A DNA stretch of 64,000 nt from an uncultured Verrucomicrobiae bacterium (GCA_963788655.1 CAWBHS010000022.1:64001-128000), one strand, 5' to 3'; shown: positions 9,292 through 21,900, counted from the stretch's first letter. The notes: generated from the sequence alone by a model not told the origin. A program made the numbers and translations.

Positions 9292-12200
9292 TCAATGCGC
9301 GCACGCCTTGGCTGGGCAGCCTAAACCGCACGTTTTGCAACGGCATGGAAAAGTTCGGTTCCTGAAAACACTCAATGGGTCGCAGTGATCAAGCGTGAAC
9401 CAAGCGCCACAGCCGGGACTGATTACATTACGGGGAGCGATCGCTTCCTGATCCGCCGGCAATAGAGGCAGCCGCCACGGATTGTTTTGCGCGAAGCTAA
9501 AACCGTTGCCCAAGCCATCCAGAGCAGCCCAACTTCCCCGCGGATTGCGATGGATATAGCGTCCGGCCAAAGGATCGAGGAAACGCGACCCGTGCTGAAA
9601 CCAACCAGTCGCCCGGTCGTATCGCTGGCCGGCAAACAAGTAAGGATTACTCACGCCGGAATCGCTTGCGAGCAATTCGAAGGCGGCATCGTCATTGACG
9701 GTGTCCCAGGTTGTGCCACCGTCCTCGCTGCCCGCCATGCTGCCGTTGCCGCGCCGGGCAGTACTGAAACCCCAACTGGCTGCATTGCCGGTGGTATCAT
9801 TCACAATCTCCAGCCAGTACATCGTGCCGGTCTGCACCTCGAACGGCGTGGTCAATAGCGCTTCGTAAACAAATTCAGCGGGGCCCACCATCAAGTTCCG
9901 CCCCGTGGCAGTGCGAGTAACATTGTTGCCGACCGCTTCGGTGAGCAACACCGTTCCCGGCTCGCCCAGGTTGTCGGCGTGAATGCGAATAGTGAAGTCG
10001 TCACTGGGCGGCGGGGAACCAAAGGCGTAGGCGCCCCACCAGCGCATGCCGTAAATTCGTGTCGGCTGGTCAAAAGCAAAGTCGTCGGCAACGAACTGGT
10101 TGGTATCCACGTCGGAAACATAGGCGGAAAGTCCGTCCGGCCATTGCACGTGCGAGGCAATGATGGGCTGGCCAAAGTCTTCGTAAGTGTAGCGCTCGAC
10201 CAAACCGCCTGCCGCATCGCTGAGCGCCACCACGGAGCCCTGATCGTCCAGGTGATAGAAGAAGTCGCTCGCGCCGCGCCGCATGCTGAGGAGGGCGCCG
10301 TCGGAGCTGCGAATGTATGTCGCCAATGTGTTCCGCTGGCCGTCCTGTTCTTCGATGACCCGCTTTCCGTCGTATAAATACCGCGTGGTTTGACCGCCAT
10401 CGTTCTTCTGAATTCGCCGTCCCAGAGCATCATACCCATAGACGACCGGAGAGCCGTTGGCTGGTGTGAGTTGCACCAACCGATTGGCGTAATCGTAATG
10501 GAACGTTCCCTCAGGCGGTCCATTAGTGATGGCGACCAGGTTGCCGTTGGCATCGTACTGACGCCCACCATCGAAAGGAGTGGCCGTGTACTGGTTCAGT
10601 TGCGCGTCCGCCGGCTCCGGCAGCGTCGGATCGAGCGTGTAGTTGCCCGGCGCCGGATCGCTGCTGACGTTCAGCCGGTTGCCCGCGCCGTCCAGCGTGT
10701 AAACCGAATCACGCACCAGCAGGCCGACGCGATTGGTCACCTGCGACTGAACCAAGCGATCCACGGAATCATAGACGAACGTCTCGCTCCGCCGCGAACT
10801 GCCCGGCATGGCGTCCCAGCGGATCACTTTGTTCGCTGCTGCATCCCAGGATAAGTCGCGCTGGTCCAAAATGATGCCCGTGGCGATTTGTTTGTAGGTG
10901 GTATCACTGACGTTGCCCTCGGAGTCGTAACCAATCAGGCTGCGAGTGCCGTTGCTGAAACGACGCGCCTCAATCCGCGCCGGCCCGAGGTAGAACAGTT
11001 CGACCAGCGGTGATCCAGGTCCGCACGAACCGTCGCACGTCTGCTCTACGCGGTTGAGGCCGTCGTAATCGTAATGCGCCGTGCGCTCCTCCCGGATAGG
11101 TCAACGCGACGGCATTGCCAACGCCGTCACGCATCCACGCGGTGAGGTGATCGCTGACCGGCGGAAACGAGGGCGACTCGAAGTTGAGCGTTTCCCGAAT
11201 GCGGTTGCCCAGAGAGTCATACGCGCGCGTCACCAACGAATCATCGTTTTGCGCCTGCACCAGCAGCGAACGGCCATCGTATTGCCGAATTTCGTAACTG
11301 CTGCCCAACACGCCCGGCCCGCGGGCAATCGACCGGCTGATCGGACGATCCAACAAATCGAACATGGTCGCCACTGACGTTCCATCCGCATCGGTGGTCA
11401 GCAGCGCGTTGTCATGCACGTCGTAGCCGTTCACGACAAATTCATTGAGCGGTGGACGATCCTGGTCGGCGGGCCAATCCAGCGTGCCGTAGCCCACCCA
11501 GTTCAACGTGCCGTCCGCCATCCGCGTGAGCATTCGACGGTTCAACGAATCGTAGGCATAACGCGTCACGTTCGTGTTGTCGTCGATCTGCGCGATCAAC
11601 CGGCAGGTGTCATCCCAAATCTGGCGCGTGGTGATTTCGTCGATGACGTTGCCGCTGCCGTCGCCGGTATCGGTCATCTCCCGGCGGATCGCGATCAATC
11701 GGCTCAGCCCGTCATAACTGAAGTGCGTGAGGTTACCACGCGGATCGGACTGCCACGTGCGGTTGTTCCGTGAGTCGTAAGCGTATTGCCGGACTGAATT
11801 CCCGTTGTCGGTCGCGCGCACCAACCGGTCCAGTCCGTCATACTCGTTCGTAACCGCAGTGATCAATGGCGGATTACCCAAGTCAGACAACTCGACCGCC
11901 GTCCGCACGCGAAGGTTTCCATTGGGATCGTAAGCGTAAACTACCTGGTTGCTCCTGACGTCCGTAACGGTGTTGGTGCGATTCGCCGAATCGTACGCAA
12001 TCCACGTGCTGTTGGTCCGGTCGTCGGTCACCTGCAGAAGCTGCGAGTTGTCGTTGTAAACGAACCACGTAGTGGCGGAGCCGTCGTCCAAGGGCTGCTG
12101 GTTCTGCGGATCGAAGAAGACCTGGTCGAGCCGTTCCAGACGGTCCATGGCATCATAGCGCCAGAAGGTCTCGGCCAACCGCCGATTACCGGCGCCGCCC

Positions 12201-15200
12201 AATTGGTCCTGCATTTCCCCGTCGAGCCGTTCGGCCACGCGGTTGCCGTTGGCGTCATAGTGGTCTGTGGTCACGTTGGCCATCGCGTCCGTCACCTGCA
12301 ATTGGCGGTTATAGCCGTCGTAAGCATAGTGGGTCACGCGCGGATTATCCTCCAGTCCCTGACTCCGGCGGATGAGATTCCGATTGCCATCGTAATCGTG
12401 TTGCGTGGTGGACTGGAGCCCGCTGCCGGCGCCACGAGTTTCCAGGAACAACAAGTCACGCTCGTCGTATTCCGAACGCACCAGGTTAAACGGGTCATAG
12501 CCCGCGACCGCTTCGCCATAGCGCACAAGCGTGCGATTTCGATTGGCGTCGTAGGCGTATTCGGTGGCCAGGAATTCCGGGCGCAAGCGGAACGGAATTG
12601 CTTCGGAACTCAAGACCGAGGCCGGCAAGTCAGCACTGCCTTTCTCCTTAGTCGCGCGCACCGGGTAATTCAGAATGTCGTAGTCGAAGATCGTCGAAAA
12701 GTGCGTGTTCGGTTGGAGCTGGCCGGTTTCGTCGCGGTTCTCGACATCGACTCGCACAACGTTGTTATTGGCATCGTAGTAAAAGTCGCGCCGATACCGG
12801 ATGCCGCTGCCGGGCGTCACTTCTCGAGATGTCTCGCGGAGCACTTGGTCCAGCGCGTTCACGTCATAGAGCGTGTCGTGGTTGCGCGGGTCCACGGTTC
12901 GCACCACGTTGCCTACCGCGTCGTATTCGTAAGTGGTCGTGAGGGTCAAGCCTCCGGCATCAACGATCTCCTGCGCCCGGTAACCGCGCTGAGGTCCACT
13001 GTCGTAATACACATACTCGTCCCGCCGCCGATGGCCGCTGCCGTTGTCCGGCAGAACGTGCGCGGTCATTTGGCCGAATTGATTGTATTCAAAGTCCTCG
13101 ATAACTGCTGGCAGACGATGTTGCGTGTGCCGGCGATTGCCGCGGTCGTCGTAGAAGTGCAGCGTGACGTGGTTGCGCGCATCGGTGTGCTTGGTGACGA
13201 AGTCCCGGCCACAGCAACTGCCAAAGCCGTCTTCATATTCGAACGTCTCCACCAACTCCGGTTGATCGCCGCCCAGCGGTCCCGGCAGCTTGCGGCAAAT
13301 CCGCAGGTTCCCCCGGAAACGCGGCGGGGCAGCCGGATTCAAATCCCGCTCGTAAGTCGATTCCGTCGAGTTGCCGTTGGGATAGACCACCCGCGTGACC
13401 AGCGAGTCGATGTTCCATTCTTGCCGCGTGTCGTAGAACGCCGGATCGTCCGGGCGCAAGGGATTCTGGGGACGGTTGGTGGTGTCGGTCGTGGGCTGAT
13501 CCGGCACGGCGCGCCCGGTGAATTCGCGGTGCAACACCGGCCGGTTGCCGGCGTCGAAGTAGCATTCGCTGACGTTCCCGACGCGGTCGTTCACGATGGC
13601 TTTGGTGATCGCAAAGCCGTTGGCCGGACTGGGCGTTTGCGCCACGTAATGGAAGTTCAACACCTCGTTGCTGTAACCCCACACCTGGCGAACCACGCGA
13701 CTGCACGCGCCTTCGATTGGCGGTTCGAAAGTATTCTCCAGCCACGTCTGCCCTTTGCCGTCGGTGATCGTTCGCAGCAGGTGGCTCCCGGGGCAGGCAC
13801 AAGCCGGGGTGGTGTAGGCGTAAATGTTGGTTTTGCCACCGGGAAAGTTGTTGCCATTGACCGCATCAATTACTGCCGGGGAAATCGCCGCTTTCAAATC
13901 GCCGAATGAGCCGTTGGTATCGCCGTCCTGGTAATGCTCGTAACGCACTTGGCGGCCGGTGAAATCCGTCACTGCCTCGATGAAACCATCGTTGTCGTAG
14001 CTGACGGCTATATCGCGATCGAGGGTGTCGGTGATGTTGGTGAGCAAGCCGCGGTCGCTGTAAGTGAACGTCAGTGCGTTGCCATTGCGATCGGCGATGC
14101 GCGCAATGCGGCCTTGGGCGGGACCACCATCCAACGGGAGGAATTCCCAAACGCCTTTGTCGGCGAAGGTCAACACGAACTGGCCGTTGGTGCCAAACTG
14201 GCCTTCGCGGAAGAATTGATTGGCCGCAAACGTCCCATCCGACTGGCGATAATAAGTGTCTTGCCGCGTGTTCCCGTCATACAAGTCGAGGTCCGGTCCG
14301 CGCGGCACAATGCAGATGTTATACGAATAGTCCCAGCCGTAGCCCATCGGCGTGACCAGGCACAAACACGACCGGTATTTGCGGGCCCAAACGAAATCGA
14401 GTCCGCGGCCCTTGATGCACAAGTCCGTCGTGGCGTAATGGAGTTCGCCCGAGAACAGATAAACAAACGGCGGCCCGCACGTATCGCGGCAAACCTCGCC
14501 GGTGCCGGGTTGGGCGGGCGGCGGTTCCGGCGGCTCAAAGACGTTGGTGATGTCGCCGGTGATCGGGAAATCAACCAGCCCCACCCGATAAAAGCGGCTG
14601 GTGGCCGGGCCAACCTCATCCTGCACCGTTATATGTTCGCCCGTCCCCGTCACGGTGGTCAACATCGCCCATTCACCGTCCGCCAGCGCATTCTTGAACT
14701 CCACCGCGTAATCGAGTCCACGTTGGGTGTCAAAGACCAACGTGAAATTGGTTTCCGTTCGTGCGAAGCTTTGAATGCTCGGGGCGATACGTCCCAGCAC
14801 CGTGACGTCAAAACTGCACTGCGCGGAATTGCCACTGGGATCCGTGGCGGTGCAAATCACCGGCACCGTGCCTACGCTGAAAATGGTGCCGGACGGCGGC
14901 ACACATTCGATGAAGGCTTCGCCGGAATTGTCTTCCGCCTTGATTGGGTAAAACGCCGCCACCTGCGGTTTGGTGCAGATCAACACCTGGTTGCTGCAAT
15001 GCAACGTCGGCGGATCGACGTCGGTCACTTCGATCCACCGTTTGGCGCGGCCAATGTTCCCCGCAACGTCCTCGCCCATGAAGAAGACTACTGTGCGTCC
15101 CAGCGGGAAGAACGAACCGGATTCCGGCTTGGCGGTGACCATCGGCGCGGGATCGCAGTCATCAACGAACTCAGGCAGGGGGAAGGTGACGATGGCACCG

Positions 15201-18146
15201 GATTGTCCCGGATCGTTGGGCACCACAATGTCCGGTCCGGCGCTGCACGTCTTGTAGCTCAGCCCGAGGTAATCCACCGCCGTGTTGTTGCTGATGAGAA
15301 CGTCGAGGAGAAGATTCCGCGCCAATGCCGGCTGCAAATCCAGAGTGGTGCCATCTGCCAGCGGCAATTGCCCGAGGTCCAGTGTCAGTTCCACATCCGA
15401 ACCCGTCGTCCAAGGCTGCTCCAAAAGACCCGGTCCCAACGCTCCCGAACCAATTGGCCGGCGCCAGGTCGTTAGCGGATTAAACCCGGTGGCGTCCGTG
15501 AAACCGACCGTGATGAGATCGTCTTCAGGTTGGCCTTCATCCGCGCGGAGATGGATGGTCAACGTGGCTTCAGCTACGCATTCCGGCAACTCGATGAACG
15601 AATGCGCAAAGGGCCGGTCCGGGGTGAATTCATCAAACATGCGGCTGCCTTCCAGCACCAATGCCGCCAGCGTCGAACGCGGCTGCGTTGGGGTTGGCGT
15701 CTGAAAATCGTCGTAGCCGCCGGCCTCCGTCAGCACCGGCGGACCGGCACAGGATGGCAGGTGCGGCCGCGAGGTGTCGGTCACGATGATGGTTGTGTGG
15801 CCGGTGCTGGTATTGCCCGCGCCGTCGGTCACGAGAAACGTCAGCTCCGTCGCGCCCGTATTGATGATCGTTCCCGTTGGAGGATTCTGTTGCACGTTCA
15901 CAGTGCCACATACGTCCTCCGCAATCACACTACCAGTCAGATCAGGAACCGCAGCCTGGCAGTTTTCATTTGCCGGCAGCACTTGCGTGGGCGGGACTTC
16001 GATAATGACTGGCGGAGTTGTATCGGCAACGGTTATCGGGATTGTGACGGTATTGGTGTTATTCGCACCGTCGTGCGCGATGATGGTTACCAAAGTATCG
16101 CCAAGAGGCAGCAGCGTTCCGGCGACAGGATCTTGAGCCAGACTCACCGTGCCGCACGCGTCACCGACCTCCACATCCGCCAACAAATTGGGAGCTGCGG
16201 CCGTACAATCCGCATTTGCAGGAATGGTCATCGGCGGTGGCACACTGGTGAAAGTCGGCGGGGAGACATCTTCCACTGTCAAAGATACGGTAGCGGTGTT
16301 GGTGTTGCTGGCGCCATCGGAAGCGGAGATACTCACCACAGTCAGGCCCAAGCCCACGCGCGTTCCGGCTGCGGGAACTTGCCGCAAGGTCACCGTGCCG
16401 CACGCGTCGGTGGCCACGACATCGGCGAGCAAATTCGGCACTGCGGCGCCGCAGGCTTCGTCGGCTTCCAACGTTTGGTCGGACGGCACGCTCAGCAACA
16501 CCGGCGGGACCGAGTCAACCACCGACAGCACGACCGTCTCCGTGTTAGTGTTGCCAGCACCGTCATCAGCCGCGATAGATACGAGCGTGTCGCCTATGCT
16601 TAGGACTGTCCCGGCTTCCGGTGTTTGTCGCAGGGTAGCGGGGCCGCACGCATCCGTGGCCACGACGTCGGACAACAGGTTCGGCACCGTGGTACCGCAC
16701 GCTTCATCGGCTTCGAGAGTCTGATCTGCAGGCACGTTCGTCAGCGTCGGTGGGGTTACGTCATTCACCGTCACCACGACCGTTACTGTGTTAGTATTGC
16801 CCGCACCATCGTCCGCGGCAATGGACACCAGAATGTCGCCCAAGCCTACCGCCGTTCCCGGCCCAGGATTTTGCGTCAACGACACCGGAGCACACGCATC
16901 GTTCGCTCCTACTTCGGCCAGCAAATTCGGCACGCTGGCGGCACAAGTGTCGTCCGCGACTAGCACACGATCCGGAGGCACCACGGTAAAAGTCGGCGCT
17001 TCCTGGTCTTCCACGGTCACGACTTGCGTGCAGGCAGCGGTTTCGCCACTCTGATCCATTGCCTGCCAAGTCACCAACGTGTCGCCCAGCGGAAACACTG
17101 GCGGCGCATCGTTGGCCACCTCCACCGGACCGCACTCGTCGGTGGCCGTCGGCAGCCCCAGGTCCACCTCCACGGCCGCGCAGCCGCCCGGGTCCGCTGC
17201 CACCGTGAAACTGGCCGGACAGGTGATAACCGGGGGAACATTTTCCACGAAGAGCTGTGCTTCCTCACTCATCATGACCCCAACGGCGTTGGTTACCAAC
17301 ACAGAATACCCGCCGCTTTGAGTGAATTGGACGTCGGTGAGGGTCAACACGGCGTTCGTGGCATCGGGTAGTTCGAAGCCATTAAATAACCACTGGTAAC
17401 TCAACGGCTCACTGCCGGTGGCTTCAACCTGAAAGCTGGTATCGGTGCAGTTAACCGCCGTGTGCGTCGCCGGCGGCGTCACAATGAAGGGTGGTTCGCC
17501 GCCAGGTGAAGAAAACATCAGCGGCTCGCCCACTTGCGCCATGGGCGGTTCGGGCAACCACAATCCATCACTGAAGGTATAAGTTCGCCACCCACTGAAA
17601 TCGCCCGGATCCGGTTGCGCATCCGTGTCGTATTGGTACACCGTGACGCCTTCCACCGGCGGCGTGCCGACGATGGTTTCGTAAGTGCCGACATCGTTGG
17701 TTTGGCGGCTGAGAAATGCAAATTGTCCGGTCGGCAGCTCCACTGGCAACGCTGGCTGGTGGGGTTGGCCCGACAGAACCAGCGTGAACGGAAAGTCACT
17801 GTGGAAGAAAGCGCCTTCACCTGGATTCAACGTGAGGTTGGGCGACCAACCGGTGAACTCGTAAAACGCCTGCACGTATTCCTGGGTGGCCGGGTTCCAT
17901 TTCAAGAGAGATGATCCGGGCGGCACCTCGATCATGATTTCGTTCAGCGTATTCCCGCCATTGTCCAATTGATTGGCAATGGGGGTGAATCCGGGAAGGA
18001 TTTGCACCGGGTATTCCTGGAAACCAATGTCAGACGCGCGGACGGTGGTGGAGAATAGTAAGGCGCAAAACAATCCGATCGCCAGATGATGTAGCGCAGA
18101 GTTCCACTCTGCTGTTTCGCAGATTTTTCAAAAGCTCAATGCGCAT
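9292..18146 (-). CDS. Secreted Ig/HYR-repeat RHS (YD-repeat) protein, ~2950 aa after frame repair
   Basis: Order: signal peptide (...LAIGLFCALLFSTTVRA/SD), Ig domain (GSEPLSYQW), 8 HYR-like repeats, FYRV domain, DUF6531-like segment (VYLFSGEL...MGYGW), many YD repeats, RHS-associated core (FYHLDDQGSV, NPYLFAGQRYD). One extra base at ~11087 joins ORFs 10970-18073 and 9292-10869 (YPGG-RTAHYDYDGLNR). A second +1 shift is needed to use ATG 18146; otherwise the start is TTG 18073. Confidence 0.9.
18091..18135 (+). repeat. GTAG-type REP (gtagcgcaga family) overlapping the RHS gene 5' end
   Basis: gtagcgcagagttccactctgctgtttcgcagatttttcaaaagc aligns without gaps to the inverted copy at 19364-19408. 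Confidence 0.65.
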
Positions 18147-18951
18147 TGGCCCCTCCCGTTTGCTTGGTGGCTCGCACACGATAGAAACGTTGCGAGAGGC
18201 TGCCAGTAATCGAAATGCTCCCCGAATTGTGCGGCCCGCCGGGCAAGGCCTGCCACGTCGAGCCCGGACTCAAGTCATCGCGATACTCGACCGTATGATC
18301 GTAACCCGGACAGGGCGTAAAGCTCAGGATCAATTGCGGCAGCGGCCCGTTGCTGCCCGGATCTGGCATGATGGATAATTCGAGTTCGCACGGGACCGCG
18401 ATCACTTCCAGGTCAATGTCCGCCAAATTGTAATCGCCACCGACGAATTCCTCACCGCCACCGGTCGGCGCCACCAGGAAATCCGTCAACTCCGGCCCGC
18501 CGCTGCCTTCGCGGACGCTGAACCGCGTTTGGCCCTCGGCTAAACCCGTCACCGGAATCCGTAGCAACTCGACTGGTGCATCGCGCCCGGCAGCCGGCAG
18601 GTCCATGAAGGTGTCGTAAATACCGCGCCGGTTTGCGCCGTCGTTGAAACCGGTGGATGACACGGGTGGATCATCGTTGTCGGAAGCCGGCTTCAGCAAG
18701 GATGCATAGTCTGCCTGGGCCACCGCGCCGTTCGTGTTCAACACATCGACATACCAGGAAAAGATCCGGTCCGTCTCCGGGCGCAGGCTCGGCACGATTT
18801 GCGCATAAACGCGCAGCATCGTGTTCTCGCCAACAGCAATGGAGTTCGTGTCCAACCGCATGGTAACCGCAACCGCTTGCCCCAGGCTGCTCGCCACCAC
18901 GCCCAGCAGCGAAGCCAAAACCAGGGCGGGAATGACCAGGTGCTTCTTCAT
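18136..18951 (-). CDS. Secreted cohesin-like protein with C-terminal FYRV domain
   Basis: Clear Sec signal peptide, then a ~150 aa beta-rich domain with cohesin-like pattern (SIAVGENTMLRVYAQ...IFSWYVDV...LLRIPVTGLAEGQTRFSV), then a terminal domain HTVEYRDDL...W...QRFYRVR. Its ATG overlaps the upstream TGA. The cohesin call is pattern-based. Confidence 0.7.
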   Translation of the reverse strand: MKKHLVIPALVLASLLGVVASSLGQAVAVTMRLDTNSIAVGENTMLRVYAQIVPSLRPETDRIFSWYVDVLNTNGAVAQADYASLLKPASDNDDPPVSSTGFNDGANRRGIYDTFMDLPAAGRDAPVELLRIPVTGLAEGQTRFSVREGSGGPELTDFLVAPTGGGEEFVGGDYNLADIDLEVIAVPCELELSIMPDPGSNGPLPQLILSFTPCPGYDHTVEYRDDLSPGSTWQALPGGPHNSGSISITGSLSQRFYRVRATKQTGGANAH

Positions 18952-21900
18952 GGTGCCAGCCTCCCATCCAAGTGATCACGCTGGCCGTTGAACGCTAAAG
19001 CTGCAGCCCCATGCGCAACTCGTCGCCATTCGAGCTTCCTGCCGAAATTCCAATCCAGTTCGCGGCTGCTATTTAGGAGATGCAGTTTCAAATCCGACCC
19101 CAATTCTAATCCCCAATTCCCTGTAGCAGCGGACGTGAGTCCGCTCACTATTTCATCGAAAGAATTCAGAGCGGACTCACGTCCGCTGCTACGAAGATCA
19201 GTGACTGCCGTTTTCGGATTCGCGTCGTGCAGCGTCGTCACCACTCGCCTTGCCTCAAGCTGATTAACGCTGGTTTGAACCATGGAATATTGGGTTAGGT
19301 CCGTCACCTGGGTAACATTCTTTTGGATAGATTCGGAAGCGATTGTGTCATTCCGAACGCGTTGCAGATTAGAAATCTGCGTTACGGCAGATTGGAAATC
19401 TGCGCTACCGTTAGCGGGTTGTGAATCGCCGGTGGATACCAAGTCTGGTGTGACCAAAGGCGACGCGGCGGTTTCGATTGTTGCCAAAGGCCCCTCGGCC
19501 ACAATGACCGGCGCGGGCAATGTCGCCAGATAATTTCCCTTCACCACGTCCACGTCGGCGCTGGTCACCTGGCCGTCTCCGGTCAGATCCTCGTTCAAGT
19601 TTCGTTGCGCGGCGGGCTTGAGCAGGTTTTGCCATATCAAGTAAAGATCCCGATCGTTGACCACGCGGTCGCCATTGGTATCGCCGGTCAGTACGTAAAA
19701 CTCAAAGTTAAAGTCCGCGACCAAGGGCAATCCCGAAGCATCGGTGACGTCGGCCTTCGTCACGGTTAATTGGTAGTTGCCGTCCGGCAAACGCGCCCCG
19801 GTCAAGCCGGGGAACGTGACCATCGCCCGATTGGTCAACGCGTCGTAACTCACCGCCATGTCCGCCGGCGCAATTACCGAACTGGTGGTCAGATTCATCA
19901 GCACCAAATCGGACGCCGTCAAACTGGCCGAAACGTTCTCACTGAATTGCAGCGTCAAACTGCTCACCCGCGACCGTTGCGGCGAGCCGTCGTTGACCGT
20001 TGCTGAAATCAATTCCGGCGGCCCGTTCACGGCGAAGGTCAGCACAAACTCGCCGCCCGCGGAACCGTTACCGTCGCCGTCGAGCGCATTGCCGGCCAGG
20101 TCATACAGGCTGTTCGTCGGCGCACTCTTGACCACGAGCCGATACAACCCCTGCGACAACGGCGCGACAAACCCAATCCGCAGCGTCGTCGAACCGGGCG
20201 TGTAATCCAGGCTGGCGATGAAAGTGTCGCGGTCGATGCCCGCACCGAAGCTGCCATCGGGGCCGGCTTCGACCAGTTCGAACAAACTGCGGCTGCGGGC
20301 GCTGATTGGATTGAGCGCTTCATTGAAGTGGAGGACGATTTCGTTCAATGGCGCCATGACCGGGCTGCCGATTTGGATGTCTTGCGGAGCCGTCGTGGTC
20401 ACGCTGGGCGGTGTTACGTCAAGACTGCTGCCGCGGAACTCGAACGCGCCCAGATCCCAGAACGGTGACACGCCCAGATTGGCCGTGCCGGGATCATCCA
20501 CCGCAGGATACCCTTCCAAATCCGCCACCGCACCGGCCACGGCATCTCCGCGATCGATTGCCGGCGAATTGCGCCGCAGATACGGATTGTCATCCAGTCC
20601 GCCGTCGTAACCGCCATTCTCCGCGCGGTAGCCCAGCGTGTTGTCCGCGCCGTCGAGGTCAACGAACAACGGATCGCCCGCCACGCTGTGCGTTTCCTTA
20701 CCGGTAGCCGCCTGCCAGTCACTGAGCGAGTCGCGAACCTGTCCACCCCAAAAGCCCACGTGCGCGTTTGGATCGGCACCCTGGTTCAACAAATTGTAGT
20801 CGCTGTCGAAGCCGGCCTGCGCATTCGGCGCCACGTAGAGGTCGTATCCCGATTCGGCCCACAGAATGTTATTGCGCAACGTAACGTTGAACGATGGTCC
20901 TTCAAGCCAGATGGCGTCGCCCACCAGTTGATAAATCGTGTTGTTGTCAATCAACGCCCCGATCCCGCGCAGCAGGATGCCCTGGTTATGATTGGCGTAA
21001 ATGGCGTTGAAAGCGATGCGCCCGGTGAAGGAGAAGTCGCCCAGCACGCCGATCGAGTTGCTGTAAATCCAGTTGGCCTCGATCACGCTGTTGCTGGTCG
21101 CGCGAATGCCGGCTTGGGCATTGTTATAGACACGATTGCCTTTAATCGTCGCCCCCGCCGGCGCGTAGATGCCTTGGTCATTGCTGTGGACGACGTTGTC
21201 CAGCACTTCCGACTCCGGCCCGAACGCATAGATGCCCGTCCCGCCCAGTTCATCCTGTTCATAAACGGTGTTGCCCTGGATAAGCGCATTGCCAGACGCG
21301 CGGATGCCGGCACTGACGTTGTTGAAGACGGTGTTTTCCGCAATCGTCACCCGCGACCGCGTGCTGACCGTTTCAATCCCAATGCCGTTGCCATAAACGA
21401 TGTTCGACTGGATCACCGTGTCTTCGCCCAGCGCGATGATGCCGTGCAGCGTATGGCCATAAACGCGGTTGCCTTCAATGAGCGCCCCGGCGCCCGTCAC
21501 ACTGACGGCGGTGTCCGTGTTGTCATAAATCAGGTTCGACTGGATGATGGCATCCGCGCCTTCTACCCGGATGCCATCGCCGTTTTGATAAATCGTATTG
21601 CCGGCAATGGTCACCCGGTCGCTCGCCACCCCCAGTCCTTCCGCGAGATAAATGGCGGCAGCGGTGTTGCCGTAGATCAGGTTGTCGCGCAGTTCAAGAT
21701 CGTCAGCGTCAGCGTTAGGGCCAGCCAACACCGCGTATCGGCCGCCGGTTAGCGTCAATCGTTGCAGGACCACGCCGTCGGCTTCCACCAATTCAATCAC
21801 GGCGCTGCTATCCCGCGTGTCGCCACGGTCCAACACGGCCCCGGCATTGCTCGGACCTTCGATCCGCACACCGCTGTCCTCCGGGCCAATCACCGCGTTG

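Noticed and set aside
9292..18146. T6SS effector/immunity pair
   Set aside because: No PAAR or VgrG domain, a Sec-like N-terminus, no T6SS genes in the window and no credible immunity ORF (8939-9182 minus-strand ORFs are shadows of the plus-strand fragment).
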